64,000 bases of DNA from Nitrospirales bacterium (GTDB lineage: Bacteria > Nitrospirota > Nitrospiria > Nitrospirales > UBA8639). Location of the stretch: NCBI GenBank assembly GCA_963422365.1, contig OY729426.1, forward strand, positions 1,024,001 through 1,088,000. Reading direction: 5' to 3'. The position numbers were made by a program, and so were the translations under genes. The notes under the pieces were generated by a model that did not search any database, was not told the origin of the DNA, and saw nothing but the letters and a program-made list of their open reading frames with translations. Of this stretch, positions 63,948-64,000 are shown one piece after another. The number at the start of each line of letters is the position of its first letter. Positions within the stretch are counted from its first letter, which is position 1.

Positions 63948-64000
63948 CGCTGTTTCCCAACCCTGCTTTTTTATCCAACACTCTCGCTAGGGCCTCAATC

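Noticed and set aside
1..64000. CRISPR array, rRNA or tRNA genes
   Set aside because: No regularly spaced direct repeats or structural RNA signatures seen by eye; a short or degenerate RNA could have been missed.
63928..64000. C-terminus of a gene upstream of hsdS (IEALARVLDKKAGLGNSDESKNL*)
   Set aside because: Too short to assign; truncated by the window edge.

Overview
Chromosomal window of a Nitrospirota (Nitrospira-like) nitrite oxidiser. Positions 1-47.6 kb are mostly housekeeping genes (selO end, ABC exporter, gcvT/gcvP, HU, pgl, fsa/tal, panC-folK-dapL) around an intact periplasmic-type nxrAB operon. That operon has a readable sigma-54 promoter, an IHF-like site and three palindromic candidate activator sites. 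Many accessory genes are pseudogenes (FIST, 3-hydroxyproline dehydratase-like, alpha-keto acid decarboxylase, cyclase, MOFRL), including a PhoX-like gene split by about 2.5 kb of phage/TA/RM debris. From about 47.7 kb to the end lies a minus-strand defence island: a decayed type I RM locus (hsdS...hsdR-M48) carrying an intact SIR2-HerA pair, an intact Phd-VapC pair, a broken AAA/DUF4143 ATPase and a dinD gene. dinD is split by a 6.5-kb GC-rich siphophage tail module (53390-59911) with TG...CA ends, a near-perfect 5-bp target duplication and two tandem 22-bp repeats spaced like the phage Mu right end, i.e. an internally deleted transposable prophage. All family assignments come from motif recognition by eye; no database searches were run.
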